The notes: a model not told the origin generated them from the sequence alone. A DNA stretch of 64,000 nt from an uncultured Spirochaetales bacterium (GCA_934271365.1 CAKQRI010000002.1:63173-127172), one strand, 5' to 3'. Shown: positions 9,806 through 18,720, counted from the first letter of the stretch. A program made the numbers and translations.

Positions 9806-9828
9806 CCCGGATTATTCCGGGATTTTTT
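9806..9828 (+). terminator. Rho-independent terminator
   Basis: CCCGGA-TTAT-TCCGGG hairpin, then A and T6. Confidence 0.6.
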
Positions 9829-9933
9829 ATGCCTTGATATATCTTTCAGATGAATAACAAAAGCATAAATATTTAAATTGCAAGATGAAAAAAACGGCTT
9901 TATAATTCACTTATCTATAAGTATTCTGTCTTT

Positions 9934-10131
9934 CATGTTTTTGTTTTAAAAAACTGTTATTAAAATAACATACATGTTTTATTTTAAAGTATATGTTATT
10001 AAAATAATAAAAAAAACAATAAACACCCTATTAAATATAATAGTTTCAAAAAAAATATGTATTTTAAATGATTTTTTTTTTATAAATTAGTTGTGTAATT
10101 ATGAAAATAAGGTAATTATGTTATTAAAATA
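9934..10131 (+). repeat. AT-rich leader with a tandem ~35-nt imperfect repeat (period 39) and three copies of TGTTATTAAAATA
   Basis: Units start at 9934 and 9973. The 13-mer occurs at 9955-9967, 9994-10006 and 10119-10131; the last copy sits just 5' of the GGAGG SD of the downstream operon. Confidence 0.7.
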
Positions 10132-10147
10132 TCATGGAGGAATATTT

Positions 10148-10750
10148 ATGCAGAACACAAAAAAAATCATGCTTGCAATTGCTTTGCTGCTTCTCATCCC
10201 TGCTGTTGCTTTTGCTGCAATCAGCGGAGCTGCCCCTAAGAGCTATGGTCTTCCTATGCTGATTACTAATGCAGGTCAGGGACCTGGTGGAAAGATGGCC
10301 AGGCTTCTCACGACACAGACTAAGACTTTAAAGCTCAATACAGACTTCTTCTATGTATCAGAGCCTCAGAAGAGTGATCTCGAAGCTCGTGCTTATTCTT
10401 CTCTATGGGTTGTAATCGGATCTACAGATAAGGGCCTTGGTGCTTCTGGTATTACAATTGATCAGGAGATTGCAAGACTTGAGAAGATGGTAGGCTGGGC
10501 AAAGGAACTGAATATTCCTATGGTAGGCGTTCTCCTTGAAAAGGATAAGAGACAGCCTGGCATTCCTACAAATGCAAATGAAAGATGTATAGATACAATT
10601 GCTCCTTATTGTGAATGGCTTGTTGTAGTTAAAGATGGAAACAAGGATGGCAGGTTCACAGAGATAAGCAAGAAGAATGATATTCCTCTTACAATCATTG
10701 ATAATTCCCTTGATTTCACAACTCTCGTGAAACAGGTATTAGTAAAATAA
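10148..10750 (+). CDS. Exported ~200-aa alpha/beta protein of unknown function (possible atypical solute-binding component)
   Basis: ATG at 10148 after GGAGG. Signal peptide KIMLAIALLLLIPAVAFA. An alternating strand/helix pattern is visible (WVVIGSTDKG...MVGVLLE...WLVVVKDG). I recognise no family motif. Confidence 0.6.
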   Translation: MQNTKKIMLAIALLLLIPAVAFAAISGAAPKSYGLPMLITNAGQGPGGKMARLLTTQTKTLKLNTDFFYVSEPQKSDLEARAYSSLWVVIGSTDKGLGASGITIDQEIARLEKMVGWAKELNIPMVGVLLEKDKRQPGIPTNANERCIDTIAPYCEWLVVVKDGNKDGRFTEISKKNDIPLTIIDNSLDFTTLVKQVLVK

Positions 10751-10760
10751 GGAAGGCCGA

Positions 10761-12071
10761 ATGTATTTAACAACCGCAATTATTCTGCTATTGATGGCAG
10801 CAGCCTTTATCCTTGGCTCCATTTTCCTGAAATCACCTGAGATTTCAATGTTTCTGGCAGCCATTGTCGGCGGCATTGCCGGAATAGCTTTCCATGTAGG
10901 AGACCTCGATTTCGTTCGTCTGGTCTCTGTAACAGTAGAAGGCCTATTCAATAACTTCGACCTTGCTATTCTCTTTGTATGTGCATCGTTCTTTGTAAAT
11001 GTATATTCATATACAGGTGCAATGACAGCCATGACAAGAAAGCTGATCAGTGGAGTTAATAATAAGTGGATTATCCTGATATTCATGGCTGTGTTCATGA
11101 TCATCCCAGGTGCTCTCACTGGTGCAGGGTCTGTATCTGTATTCGTTCTTGGTGCACTTGTCTCAACTGTTCTTAAATATATGGGACTTAATGAGAAGAA
11201 GAGCACAGCCTTCGTATTCATGTTTGCTATACTTTCTGCAGCATGTCCTCCGATCAACCTCTGGACAATGCTTATGACAGCAGCAGCTAACATGCCTTAT
11301 GTAGGCTTCACATGGCCTCTTCTTGTTCCTATCCTGATCACTGGAGCAGTGACAATAATCTATCTTGGATGGGGAGCTAAGAAAGAAGATAGCGCAAAGA
11401 TTCTTTCTGAGCTTCCTGAAGCCCCAGAAGGAATGAACTGGTTCAGGATCCTGCTTCCGCTATTGACTGTATTTGCATTGATTCTTCTATCTCTTTATGC
11501 ACCGTTTGAGATTCCTGTTCTTGGAACTCCTCTGATCTTCCTGATTTCTGCTTTTGTTGCTATCCTCTGCAATCCAAAGAAGACAACTTTCAAAGAGATT
11601 CTGAAGGTTCTCAACGATACGATGGAGCAGGTATTCCCGCTTGTTGCTACAGTAATCAGCGTTGGTGCGCTTGTTAATATGATGGCAGCTACAGGAACAA
11701 AGGGACTGATCGGCGTTACATTCATTACAATGCCTACAATCCTTATATATATCCTTCTTCTTGTCTTTGGACCATTCTCTCAGGGATGTCTGAGCTATGG
11801 AAGTGCTATCCTGATTGGTGCTCCTCTTATCTTCATGATGAATACAAGAGGTATGGATACAACAATCGTCTGCGCAGCTCTTTCTCTTATCTTCCCGATT
11901 GGAGACTGCCTGCCACCATCTCGTATTGTTGGCCGTGTATCTATTGATACAACTGGATATAAAGGCAGCTACATGAGCTTCTTGAAGCAGATTGCTGTCC
12001 CTTGTATCACACTTGGGCTTATAGCTCTTCTGATGTTCATCAAACCAGGCTGGTTTGTAGGTCTGAAATAG
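10761..12071 (+). CDS. Polytopic permease, ion-transporter superfamily-like (TctA/DctM/DcuC-like); 436 aa
   Basis: Hydrophobic throughout, with about 12 TM segments. The IIPGALTGAGS motif is reminiscent of the TctA G-x-PG-x-G motif. SD AAGGAAGG lies upstream. Confidence 0.65.
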   Translation: MYLTTAIILLLMAAAFILGSIFLKSPEISMFLAAIVGGIAGIAFHVGDLDFVRLVSVTVEGLFNNFDLAILFVCASFFVNVYSYTGAMTAMTRKLISGVNNKWIILIFMAVFMIIPGALTGAGSVSVFVLGALVSTVLKYMGLNEKKSTAFVFMFAILSAACPPINLWTMLMTAAANMPYVGFTWPLLVPILITGAVTIIYLGWGAKKEDSAKILSELPEAPEGMNWFRILLPLLTVFALILLSLYAPFEIPVLGTPLIFLISAFVAILCNPKKTTFKEILKVLNDTMEQVFPLVATVISVGALVNMMAATGTKGLIGVTFITMPTILIYILLLVFGPFSQGCLSYGSAILIGAPLIFMMNTRGMDTTIVCAALSLIFPIGDCLPPSRIVGRVSIDTTGYKGSYMSFLKQIAVPCITLGLIALLMFIKPGWFVGLK

Positions 12072-12081
12072 GAGGATAACG

Positions 12082-12255
12082 ATGGTATTTCTAGAGAACT
12101 TAATACACATTCTGTACTTTGTAATAGCTGGTATTATCCTGATCTATTTCTTCAAGCATCTCTTTAAGCGCACAAAGAGGCAGGGATGGGTCTATGACCT
12201 TGTATATGTCTACTGCATGATTCCGTTTGTGCTTAGAGTTCTATATATCAAATAA
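12082..12255 (+). CDS. 57-aa two-TM membrane peptide (below the ORF-track size cut-off)
   Basis: ATG at 12082 lies 6 nt after GGAGG. Translation is MVFLENLIHILYFVIAGIILIYFFKHLFKRTKRQGWVYDLVYVYCMIPFVLRVLYIK*. It sits tightly between the permease and the deacylase genes. Confidence 0.6.
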   Translation: MVFLENLIHILYFVIAGIILIYFFKHLFKRTKRQGWVYDLVYVYCMIPFVLRVLYIK

Positions 12256-12267
12256 GGAGGGCCGAAG

Positions 12268-13584
12268 ATGAAAGATGTACTCAAAACAGGCAGTAAGCTG
12301 CCAAAATGGGGAAAGCTCGTTGTCCTTCTATTTGGTATTGCAGCAGCAGCTATTGCTGGTTCGCAGTTCTATAATCTAAGGCATTTCAAGGAGACTGTGG
12401 TATCATCTCCTGAGCTTACTGAAGTCCAGATGCTCAGTGATTATCTTCCTTCTTTGAGAGGTACATGGGCAGATACTCCAGTGTTCATATACGATTCTGG
12501 TGTTGAGGGCGGTTCTGTTCTCTTTATGGGAAATGTTCATCCATATGAGCCTGCAACAAGCCTTGCAGCTTATATCATGATGGAGAATATCCATGTAGAG
12601 AAGGGGAAGGTATTCATTGTCCCTGAAACAAACAGAAGCGGATCTACGACTGGAATGCTTGGAAGTGCTTATCCTATGTTCTTCAATATCGAGACAGAAT
12701 GGGGTAGAAAGACCTATAGAATCGGTGATAGAACAACCAATCCGCTTGATCAGTGGCCGGATCCATTTACATATGTCCATTATCCTGATGGACAGAATCT
12801 TGCATACCAGGATATCAGGAATATGAACAGAACATATCCAGGAAGGGCTGATGGAACTCTTACTGAACGCGCAAGCTATGCAGTTATGGAAATGATCAGG
12901 GAGAATGATATTGATATCTCAATTGATGCTCATGAAGCTTCAATCACATATCCTGTAGTAGCTACATATGTAACACATCAGAGGGCAGAAGATGCTGCAA
13001 TGATGGCTTCCATGATGCTAACAGCGATGAACTTCGATATGAAGTGTGAGGTATCACCAATGGGCCTTAGAGGTCTTTCTCACAGAGAGTGGGGTGACTT
13101 CAGTGACACATATGCAGTGCTCATGGAGACTCCAGAGCCATTCATTGACAGAATCAATGGACCTATGACTGAGGATCTTTTCAAAGATGGCAAGGATGTA
13201 TTCTTACAGGCTGCAGCAGATAAGAAGCTTGTTTATACAACCTCATACAGCGCAACAGAAGAAGCTCTTGAAAGAAACCTTGAAGAGGATCCAAGGGCAA
13301 TTCTTGGCTTCCCTCTATGGTACAGAGTCGGAAGGCATCTCTCAGGTGCAGCTGAGTTTGTGAGCCAGGTCGGAATGTTTGAGCCTGAAAAGGAAGTCAT
13401 TGCAACATGGCCTCTCTATGAAGAGCTTGAGGCAAATGACTGTGGATACTACCTGCATAATCCTGAAGATTACGCAGATAGTGAAGGCAATTATAAGATG
13501 TCCGGAGCTGCTTGGGACTTCTTCTATGGTGGTTATTATCATAGAGGCTCTAAGTCAAATAGAAGTCTGGTCTTTGAAATCTAA
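12268..13584 (+). CDS. Membrane-anchored succinylglutamate desuccinylase/aspartoacylase (AstE/AspA, M14-like) family zinc hydrolase
   Basis: N-terminal TM anchor (LVVLLFGIAAAAIAG). HxxE zinc motif (GNVHPYE), NRTYPG (cf. the family's DLNRxFPG) and a DAHE third ligand. Confidence 0.7.
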   Translation: MKDVLKTGSKLPKWGKLVVLLFGIAAAAIAGSQFYNLRHFKETVVSSPELTEVQMLSDYLPSLRGTWADTPVFIYDSGVEGGSVLFMGNVHPYEPATSLAAYIMMENIHVEKGKVFIVPETNRSGSTTGMLGSAYPMFFNIETEWGRKTYRIGDRTTNPLDQWPDPFTYVHYPDGQNLAYQDIRNMNRTYPGRADGTLTERASYAVMEMIRENDIDISIDAHEASITYPVVATYVTHQRAEDAAMMASMMLTAMNFDMKCEVSPMGLRGLSHREWGDFSDTYAVLMETPEPFIDRINGPMTEDLFKDGKDVFLQAAADKKLVYTTSYSATEEALERNLEEDPRAILGFPLWYRVGRHLSGAAEFVSQVGMFEPEKEVIATWPLYEELEANDCGYYLHNPEDYADSEGNYKMSGAAWDFFYGGYYHRGSKSNRSLVFEI

Positions 13585-13614
13585 AGGGAAGAGAACTTCC
13601 AGAGGAGTAAATAT

Positions 13615-14109
13615 ATGAAAAAGATTGTTTTGCTTTCAGCTCTTCTTTTCCTGATGCTCTCCAGCTGTGCTGTTTTTGCTGGAGGTACAAAGGAAAAAGC
13701 TGCTCCTGCAGTAAAGGAAAGTGTTCAGGTTACAGCTCCAGCTGCTTCTGAAAGTGCTAAGCCAGCGCCTGTAAGCCAGAAAGAGGCTGCCGCACCTGCA
13801 TCTGTTAGTGCTCCTGCTGCTGAGCCTGTACCTGTAAAGAGATATTTTCCATATGGGATAGTATCTGATAGCTCAGTTTCCATTGCAGCATTATCAGATC
13901 TATATAGTGACAGCCTCAGAAGTGAGATTGCTGTTCCGGAGAATCTAGTAGATGAGATTTCCTCTGCATATCCGGAAATTGCAAAGAACCTTGTAGCTGT
14001 TCCATCTGCTGAGGAAGCAGAGAATGCAGTAAAGGACAATAGCTTCCTTGTTGCGCTTCTTCCTTCCTCTTATAAAGCAGAGCTTACTGTTCTCAGCCTC
14101 GAGCTGTAG
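13615..14109 (+). CDS. Lipoprotein with an Ala/Pro-rich low-complexity linker
   Basis: Signal peptide plus lipobox (LMLSS-C), then APAVKES...APAASESAKPAPVSQKEAAAPASVSAPAAEPVP. Confidence 0.7.
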   Translation: MKKIVLLSALLFLMLSSCAVFAGGTKEKAAPAVKESVQVTAPAASESAKPAPVSQKEAAAPASVSAPAAEPVPVKRYFPYGIVSDSSVSIAALSDLYSDSLRSEIAVPENLVDEISSAYPEIAKNLVAVPSAEEAENAVKDNSFLVALLPSSYKAELTVLSLEL

Positions 14110-14159
14110 TCGCATTTGAATTTGATTCCAAACTCTAAGAAAAAGAGGAGAAACTGCTT

Positions 14160-15761
14160 ATGAAGATGAAATGGCATGCAAAGGCTCTGGTCCTGCTTTT
14201 GGCCCTGATGTTTGCATCAGCTCCGGTATTTGCCTGTACGATCTTTGCTGTAGGCAAGGATGCCACAACTGACGGTTCCACAATCGTTACACATAATGAC
14301 GATTCATCTGGTGCTGATTTCCGTCTCTGGATTATTCCTGGCGGAGAGTGGCCGGAAGGCTCAACAAGAGACCTTGTTATTGATTCGCATAACTATGGAG
14401 ATTTCGGCCAGTATCCTGCTGTTAAGGATTATGGCAATGGATATCCTGTAATTGAGATTCCAGAAGCTCCTAAGACATATTCTTACTTCCATTCAAGATA
14501 TTCCTTCATGAACGAGAAGGGTGTTGCAATGGGTGAGGCTACAATGAACATCGATAGATCTACAGAGCAGGGCAAGAAGGCATATTCAGCTCTGTTTGAT
14601 GACAATGATGGGCTTATTGACTGCTGGAATGCTCAGGATATCGCACTTGAAAGAGCATCAACAGCAAGAGAGGCTATTAGGGTAATCGGAGATCTTGTTG
14701 AGGAATATGGCTGGAAGGATGCAGGAGAGACTCTCAATATCTGTGATGGAAATGAGGTCTGGGTTGCAGAATTCTATGGAAAGGATGTCTGGTGTGCAGT
14801 AAGGATTCCTGATAATGCAGTATTCGTAGCTGCTAACAGAGCAAGAATCGACCACATTGATTTCGATGATCCAGATAACTATATGTATTCTCCAAACATC
14901 AAGTCATTCGCTATTGAGAATGGACTCTGGTCTGAAGACAGCGGTGTTGATTTCTGCCCAGCAGAGATCTATGCTCCATTCAACAGCACATATAGCACAA
15001 GACGTGAGTGGAGAGGCCTTTCTCTCGTAGCTCCATCTCTGAATCTTGATCCGAATGCTACACGCTTCCCTCTCTATGTAATTCCTGAGAAGAAGCTGTC
15101 TGTTGATGATGTATTTGCTCTTACAGGCGATTACTATGAAGGTACAGAATATGATGTTACAAAGGCACCTGAGGCTGGTCCTTATGGAGATCCTCTTGTT
15201 CCTCAGCACAAAGAGAGAACAATCAATCTCTTCAGAACATGCTATGTAATGATTGCAAATGTAAAGTCATGGCTTCCTGATCCTGTTAAGTGCCTTGTAT
15301 GGTATGGCTATGGTGCTCCTGATTCAACATATCTTACTCCGCTCTGGCCTACAATGAATTCTCTGCCTGCTCTTTATACAACAGGTAATAGATATGAGGC
15401 ATTTGATAGAAACAGTGGCTGGTGGACAAACAGCTATGTACAGCAGATTGCAAGAATCAACTACAGAAGCGCTATCGAGGATATCAGAGCATTCCGCGAT
15501 CCTATCATGGAAGAGCAGTATGAGGTTGTTGATAACATCCAGACAGTTGCTGCACGTCTTGTACGCCAGGGCAAGGAAGATGAGGCTAGGAATCTTCTTA
15601 CATCCTTCGGCTCTGCTACTGCTGAGAAGTGGCATGATGAATGGCTTAAGCTTGGCGATCAGCTCCTTGGCCGCTATATGTGGGGCAATAAGAACATGAG
15701 AACTGTTGCTTACTCAGATTGGTGGAAAGGAATCATGAATTCAGCTGAGCATGATAAATAA
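14160..15761 (+). CDS. Secreted peptidase C69 family dipeptidase (Ntn-hydrolase, N-terminal Cys)
   Basis: A signal peptide ends in FA-CTIFAVGKDATTDGS, giving the catalytic Cys directly after cleavage. The 533-aa length is typical. Confidence 0.85.
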   Translation: MKMKWHAKALVLLLALMFASAPVFACTIFAVGKDATTDGSTIVTHNDDSSGADFRLWIIPGGEWPEGSTRDLVIDSHNYGDFGQYPAVKDYGNGYPVIEIPEAPKTYSYFHSRYSFMNEKGVAMGEATMNIDRSTEQGKKAYSALFDDNDGLIDCWNAQDIALERASTAREAIRVIGDLVEEYGWKDAGETLNICDGNEVWVAEFYGKDVWCAVRIPDNAVFVAANRARIDHIDFDDPDNYMYSPNIKSFAIENGLWSEDSGVDFCPAEIYAPFNSTYSTRREWRGLSLVAPSLNLDPNATRFPLYVIPEKKLSVDDVFALTGDYYEGTEYDVTKAPEAGPYGDPLVPQHKERTINLFRTCYVMIANVKSWLPDPVKCLVWYGYGAPDSTYLTPLWPTMNSLPALYTTGNRYEAFDRNSGWWTNSYVQQIARINYRSAIEDIRAFRDPIMEEQYEVVDNIQTVAARLVRQGKEDEARNLLTSFGSATAEKWHDEWLKLGDQLLGRYMWGNKNMRTVAYSDWWKGIMNSAEHDK

Positions 15762-15782
15762 GATAAAAGATAATGCTTTTGG

Positions 15783-15808
15783 GGAGGATGCTTGCATCCT
15801 CCTTTTTT
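15783..15808 (+). terminator. Rho-independent terminator closing the six-gene operon
   Basis: GGAGGATG-CTTG-CATCCTCC hairpin followed by T6. Confidence 0.85.
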
Positions 15809-15892
15809 AATATAAAAGGAGCTATACCATGCAGCATAGTTCCAGTATTTTGACAGAATCCTCTGGGGGATGGATGAGGGTTCTGAGAAAAC

Positions 15893-16450
15893 CTATTTTT
15901 CCTTCTTAAGTCCCATGAGGTCTAGAAGCTTATTTCTGTAGCTTTTATTTCTCTCCTCCCATTCTGGAGCGACTTTTGAAGCTTCTCCCATGAAATGCTC
16001 TGAACTTCGGCCCATTTCTTGGCCTCTCCTTGTATGCTTGTCAAAAGCATAATCAGGAATCTCAGGAAGGATGCCTCCTTTCTTTATCCAGCAGAGAAGC
16101 TCATCTGTGGATCTGTCTTTCAGAGAAGATGAAAGATATCTGACTGCATGGATTGCGAACATCTCTCTGTCGTGTGCAAATGTGGCTTCTCTTCTCATCA
16201 TATCGAGAGAATGAACAGTCAGCACAGCATATCTATCTGCCATGCCGATATCCTCAACAGAGATTATCCGGAGCCTTGCCCATAGATAATTCTCAAGCTC
16301 TGTGCTTGTTGTTGCCATCTCATGTGCAATTGCTGCTGCATTCTCTTCATGCCCTCTGCGGATTTCCTTCTGAAGTGCGGATATAAGCTCATCTGCATTG
16401 TATCCATTCTTTGTCTTTATATTCTGCCATGGATCATAATTCTCTGACAT
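15893..16450 (-). CDS. Stand-alone RarA/MgsA C-terminal (AAA_assoc_2 + MgsA_C-like) domain protein, no ATPase domain
   Basis: Aligns by eye to the E. coli RarA C-terminal half: ELISALQKEIRRG (cf. DLISALHKSVRGS), RLRIISVEDIGMAD (cf. RCLAIASEDVGNAD), AIHAVRYLSSSLKDRS (cf. AIVYLACAPKSNA). Confidence 0.7.
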   Translation of the reverse strand: MSENYDPWQNIKTKNGYNADELISALQKEIRRGHEENAAAIAHEMATTSTELENYLWARLRIISVEDIGMADRYAVLTVHSLDMMRREATFAHDREMFAIHAVRYLSSSLKDRSTDELLCWIKKGGILPEIPDYAFDKHTRRGQEMGRSSEHFMGEASKVAPEWEERNKSYRNKLLDLMGLKKEK

Positions 16451-16451
16451 C

Positions 16452-17726
16452 TTATCTTTCCTCTATCAGATCAAGGCTTCTTCCATCTATGCCATCAAGC
16501 CTTATCCCGAATATGCTCATAATTGTCGGTGCTTCATCGACAAGTCTTGCATGCTTTATGAATGCACCATCTTTTGCTCTTTTACCTGCTACAATGAATG
16601 GTGGGTTAGGCCCCTTCTCTGGAGCAAATCCATGAGTTGATTCTGAGAACTTGTAGCATCTGTTGTCTGGCTTTGCTTCGATTTCTCCTGTTATGTCTTT
16701 GCCGAAGATCACATTGTTCTCTGCTTCAATCAAAAGGGAGAATGGGCCAGATAGATGATATAGCTCCTCTGTCTCAAATGGTGTCATTATCCTCTCTATG
16801 CATCCAGGGTATTCTTTCTGTATATCTTCAAATATCTTTATTGCATCATCTTCGCTTATTCCGTTGGAATATACATGTCCTGAGAATGATGCACTATGCA
16901 CAAAAAGCTTCCAGTCTTTTACTTTTCCAGATTCATCGAGTGTTATATAGCCTTTGTCTGCAAGTACTCTGTTGATATTGAATATCCTATCAACATTGAT
17001 ATGCCCATGGTCACCAAGAAGTATGAATGTTGTATCTTCTGCTATGCCTGCATCTTCAGCTGCTTTTATTATCTCTCCAAGTCTTTCATCAATGAACTTT
17101 ATTGCATTGATGTTCTTAGCAGTCTCTGCCCCATTATTGTGTCTCTGATGGTCAAGATAGGAGAAGTGCACGAATGTAAGATCCGGTCTGAATTCCCTTA
17201 TTATGTCAGATGCTGAAGACGATGCAAAAAGATCAAGGCCAGGAGTCTTCATCCAGTTGAGAAGATGCTTGTTCTTCTCGAATATATGCTTCACTGAAGG
17301 TGAATCTGCCTTGTCAAATACAGGGGATGGATCATCTGTCTCTTTATCTGCCCATATCTCTGCGATGAGATAATCAGCAGGAGAAGAGCCCATGACAGGC
17401 CATGAGATTGAGGCCGTTGTGAGTCCTGCTCTTCTTGCCGCATCTATCATTGTCGGCATCTTTATTGCACTGCTGTACCAGAACCATTCATCTTTATCTG
17501 AATATGGATTGAATACGTCATTATGATATATTCCATGCTTATCTGGATAGCAGCCGGTCATTATCGTAGTGTGGCATGGATATGTGTAGGTCGGGTATAT
17601 GCAATGGATTTTCTCAGCTATTGCCTTCTTGCCACTAAGCAGCTTTGATGCATTGGAAAGCTTTTCAAATTCCTTTATGTCATCGCTGATCATCGCATCA
17701 ATGCTGATGACTATGACTTTATCCAT
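16452..17726 (-). CDS. Nucleotide pyrophosphatase/phosphodiesterase (NPP, alkaline-phosphatase superfamily)
   Basis: VISIDAM...YPTYTYPCHTTIMTGCYPDKHGIYHN (nucleophile Thr region) and LGDHGH metal site. I prefer the start at ATG 17726 (AAGGGGA SD) to the TTG at 17789. Confidence 0.8.
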   Translation of the reverse strand: MDKVIVISIDAMISDDIKEFEKLSNASKLLSGKKAIAEKIHCIYPTYTYPCHTTIMTGCYPDKHGIYHNDVFNPYSDKDEWFWYSSAIKMPTMIDAARRAGLTTASISWPVMGSSPADYLIAEIWADKETDDPSPVFDKADSPSVKHIFEKNKHLLNWMKTPGLDLFASSSASDIIREFRPDLTFVHFSYLDHQRHNNGAETAKNINAIKFIDERLGEIIKAAEDAGIAEDTTFILLGDHGHINVDRIFNINRVLADKGYITLDESGKVKDWKLFVHSASFSGHVYSNGISEDDAIKIFEDIQKEYPGCIERIMTPFETEELYHLSGPFSLLIEAENNVIFGKDITGEIEAKPDNRCYKFSESTHGFAPEKGPNPPFIVAGKRAKDGAFIKHARLVDEAPTIMSIFGIRLDGIDGRSLDLIEER

Positions 17727-17848
17727 ATAATCCCCTTTATGGTGTTTTCTGTAAAAATAGAGTAAAGTTAGATTTTTAACAAGCACCAATTAATATAGAA
17801 CAATAACAATTATATTAGATATAGCATATTACTTCAAATGTTAATTTT

Positions 17849-18625
17849 CTAACATATATGAATTTCTATATTTCGATTATCAAAGAATGCAATCCATTCG
17901 TCTGAGATGCCTTTATCTGTTATTACAGTATTGAATTTATCGAATGACGAGATGAAGCATGGTCTGACTTCAGAGAATTTCGATGAATCAGCAATCAGGA
18001 CGCGCTTCTCTGCATTGGCAATCATTGCACTCTTGATTTTTGCCTCATATGGCGTCATTGCTGTCAGTCCCATCTCCATAGAGATCCCAGAAGGAGCAAT
18101 GAATGCAGTATTAGCTCTCATTCTCTCTAAGGTATTGACTGCTTCATCTGATTCAAAAGCCTCAGTGTCTCTATGATAGAATCCTCCAGATAGGAATATG
18201 TTCTTTATCTTTTTCTTCATCAGCTCATTGAATATATTCATTGAGAAGCATCCTGCTGTAATATCTGCGCTTAGTGGTATTGCCTTGGCAAGCGCTGCTG
18301 CGGTTGTGCCAATATCTATGAAGATTGTGTCTTTTGCCCGGATCAGCTTAGCAGCTTCTTTGCCGATTCTCTCTTTTTCCTGCTCTCTGATTGATTTTGT
18401 CTGCATTATGCTATAGCTATCAATATCAAATGAGGATTCAGGATTCCTGGTTATTGCGCCGTGCAGTTGGCGCACTATCTCATTATCCTTGAGGATCTGT
18501 ATATCCCGTCTGATTGTCATCTCTGTGACATCGAGCTCAGCGGCAAGCTCTTTGACTGATGCAAATTCTTTCAGGTTCAGATATGAGATAATGGCATCAA
18601 GCCTGTTTTTCTGCTGATCGTTCAT
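17849..18625 (-). CDS. DeoR/GlpR-family transcriptional regulator
   Basis: N-terminal HTH (RLDAIISYLNLKEFASVKELAAELDVTEMTIRRDIQIL) plus a C-terminal sugar-phosphate-sensor-like domain. Start at ATG 18625. Confidence 0.85.
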   Translation of the reverse strand: MNDQQKNRLDAIISYLNLKEFASVKELAAELDVTEMTIRRDIQILKDNEIVRQLHGAITRNPESSFDIDSYSIMQTKSIREQEKERIGKEAAKLIRAKDTIFIDIGTTAAALAKAIPLSADITAGCFSMNIFNELMKKKIKNIFLSGGFYHRDTEAFESDEAVNTLERMRANTAFIAPSGISMEMGLTAMTPYEAKIKSAMIANAEKRVLIADSSKFSEVRPCFISSFDKFNTVITDKGISDEWIAFFDNRNIEIHIC

Positions 18626-18720
18626 TTTATATATTCTCATATATAGATTAGCCCGGGTCAAGGAAGTTCTTGACTGTAATAGAAATCGTTATGATTTTAT
18701 TTTCATGGAGGATTTTAGTT

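Noticed and set aside
9934-10131. CRISPR-like array in the AT-rich spacer
   Set aside because: There are only two to three short (13-35 nt) imperfect copies with irregular spacing (39 and 125 nt). No cas genes are present and the composition is typical of promoter DNA.
10739-12110. Long minus-strand ORFs (10739-11293, 184 aa; 11487-12110, 207 aa) antisense to the permease gene
   Set aside because: They lie entirely inside a strongly supported plus-strand membrane-protein gene. Their compositions are odd (Arg/Ser/Cys-rich), with no SD. They are shadow ORFs.
15829-15909. 26-aa ORF (MQHSSSILTESSGGWMRVLRKPIFPS) with an AAAGGAG SD right after the operon terminator
   Set aside because: It is very short, overlaps the 3' end of the convergent 15893-16450 gene, and has no distinguishing features. 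It is most likely fortuitous.
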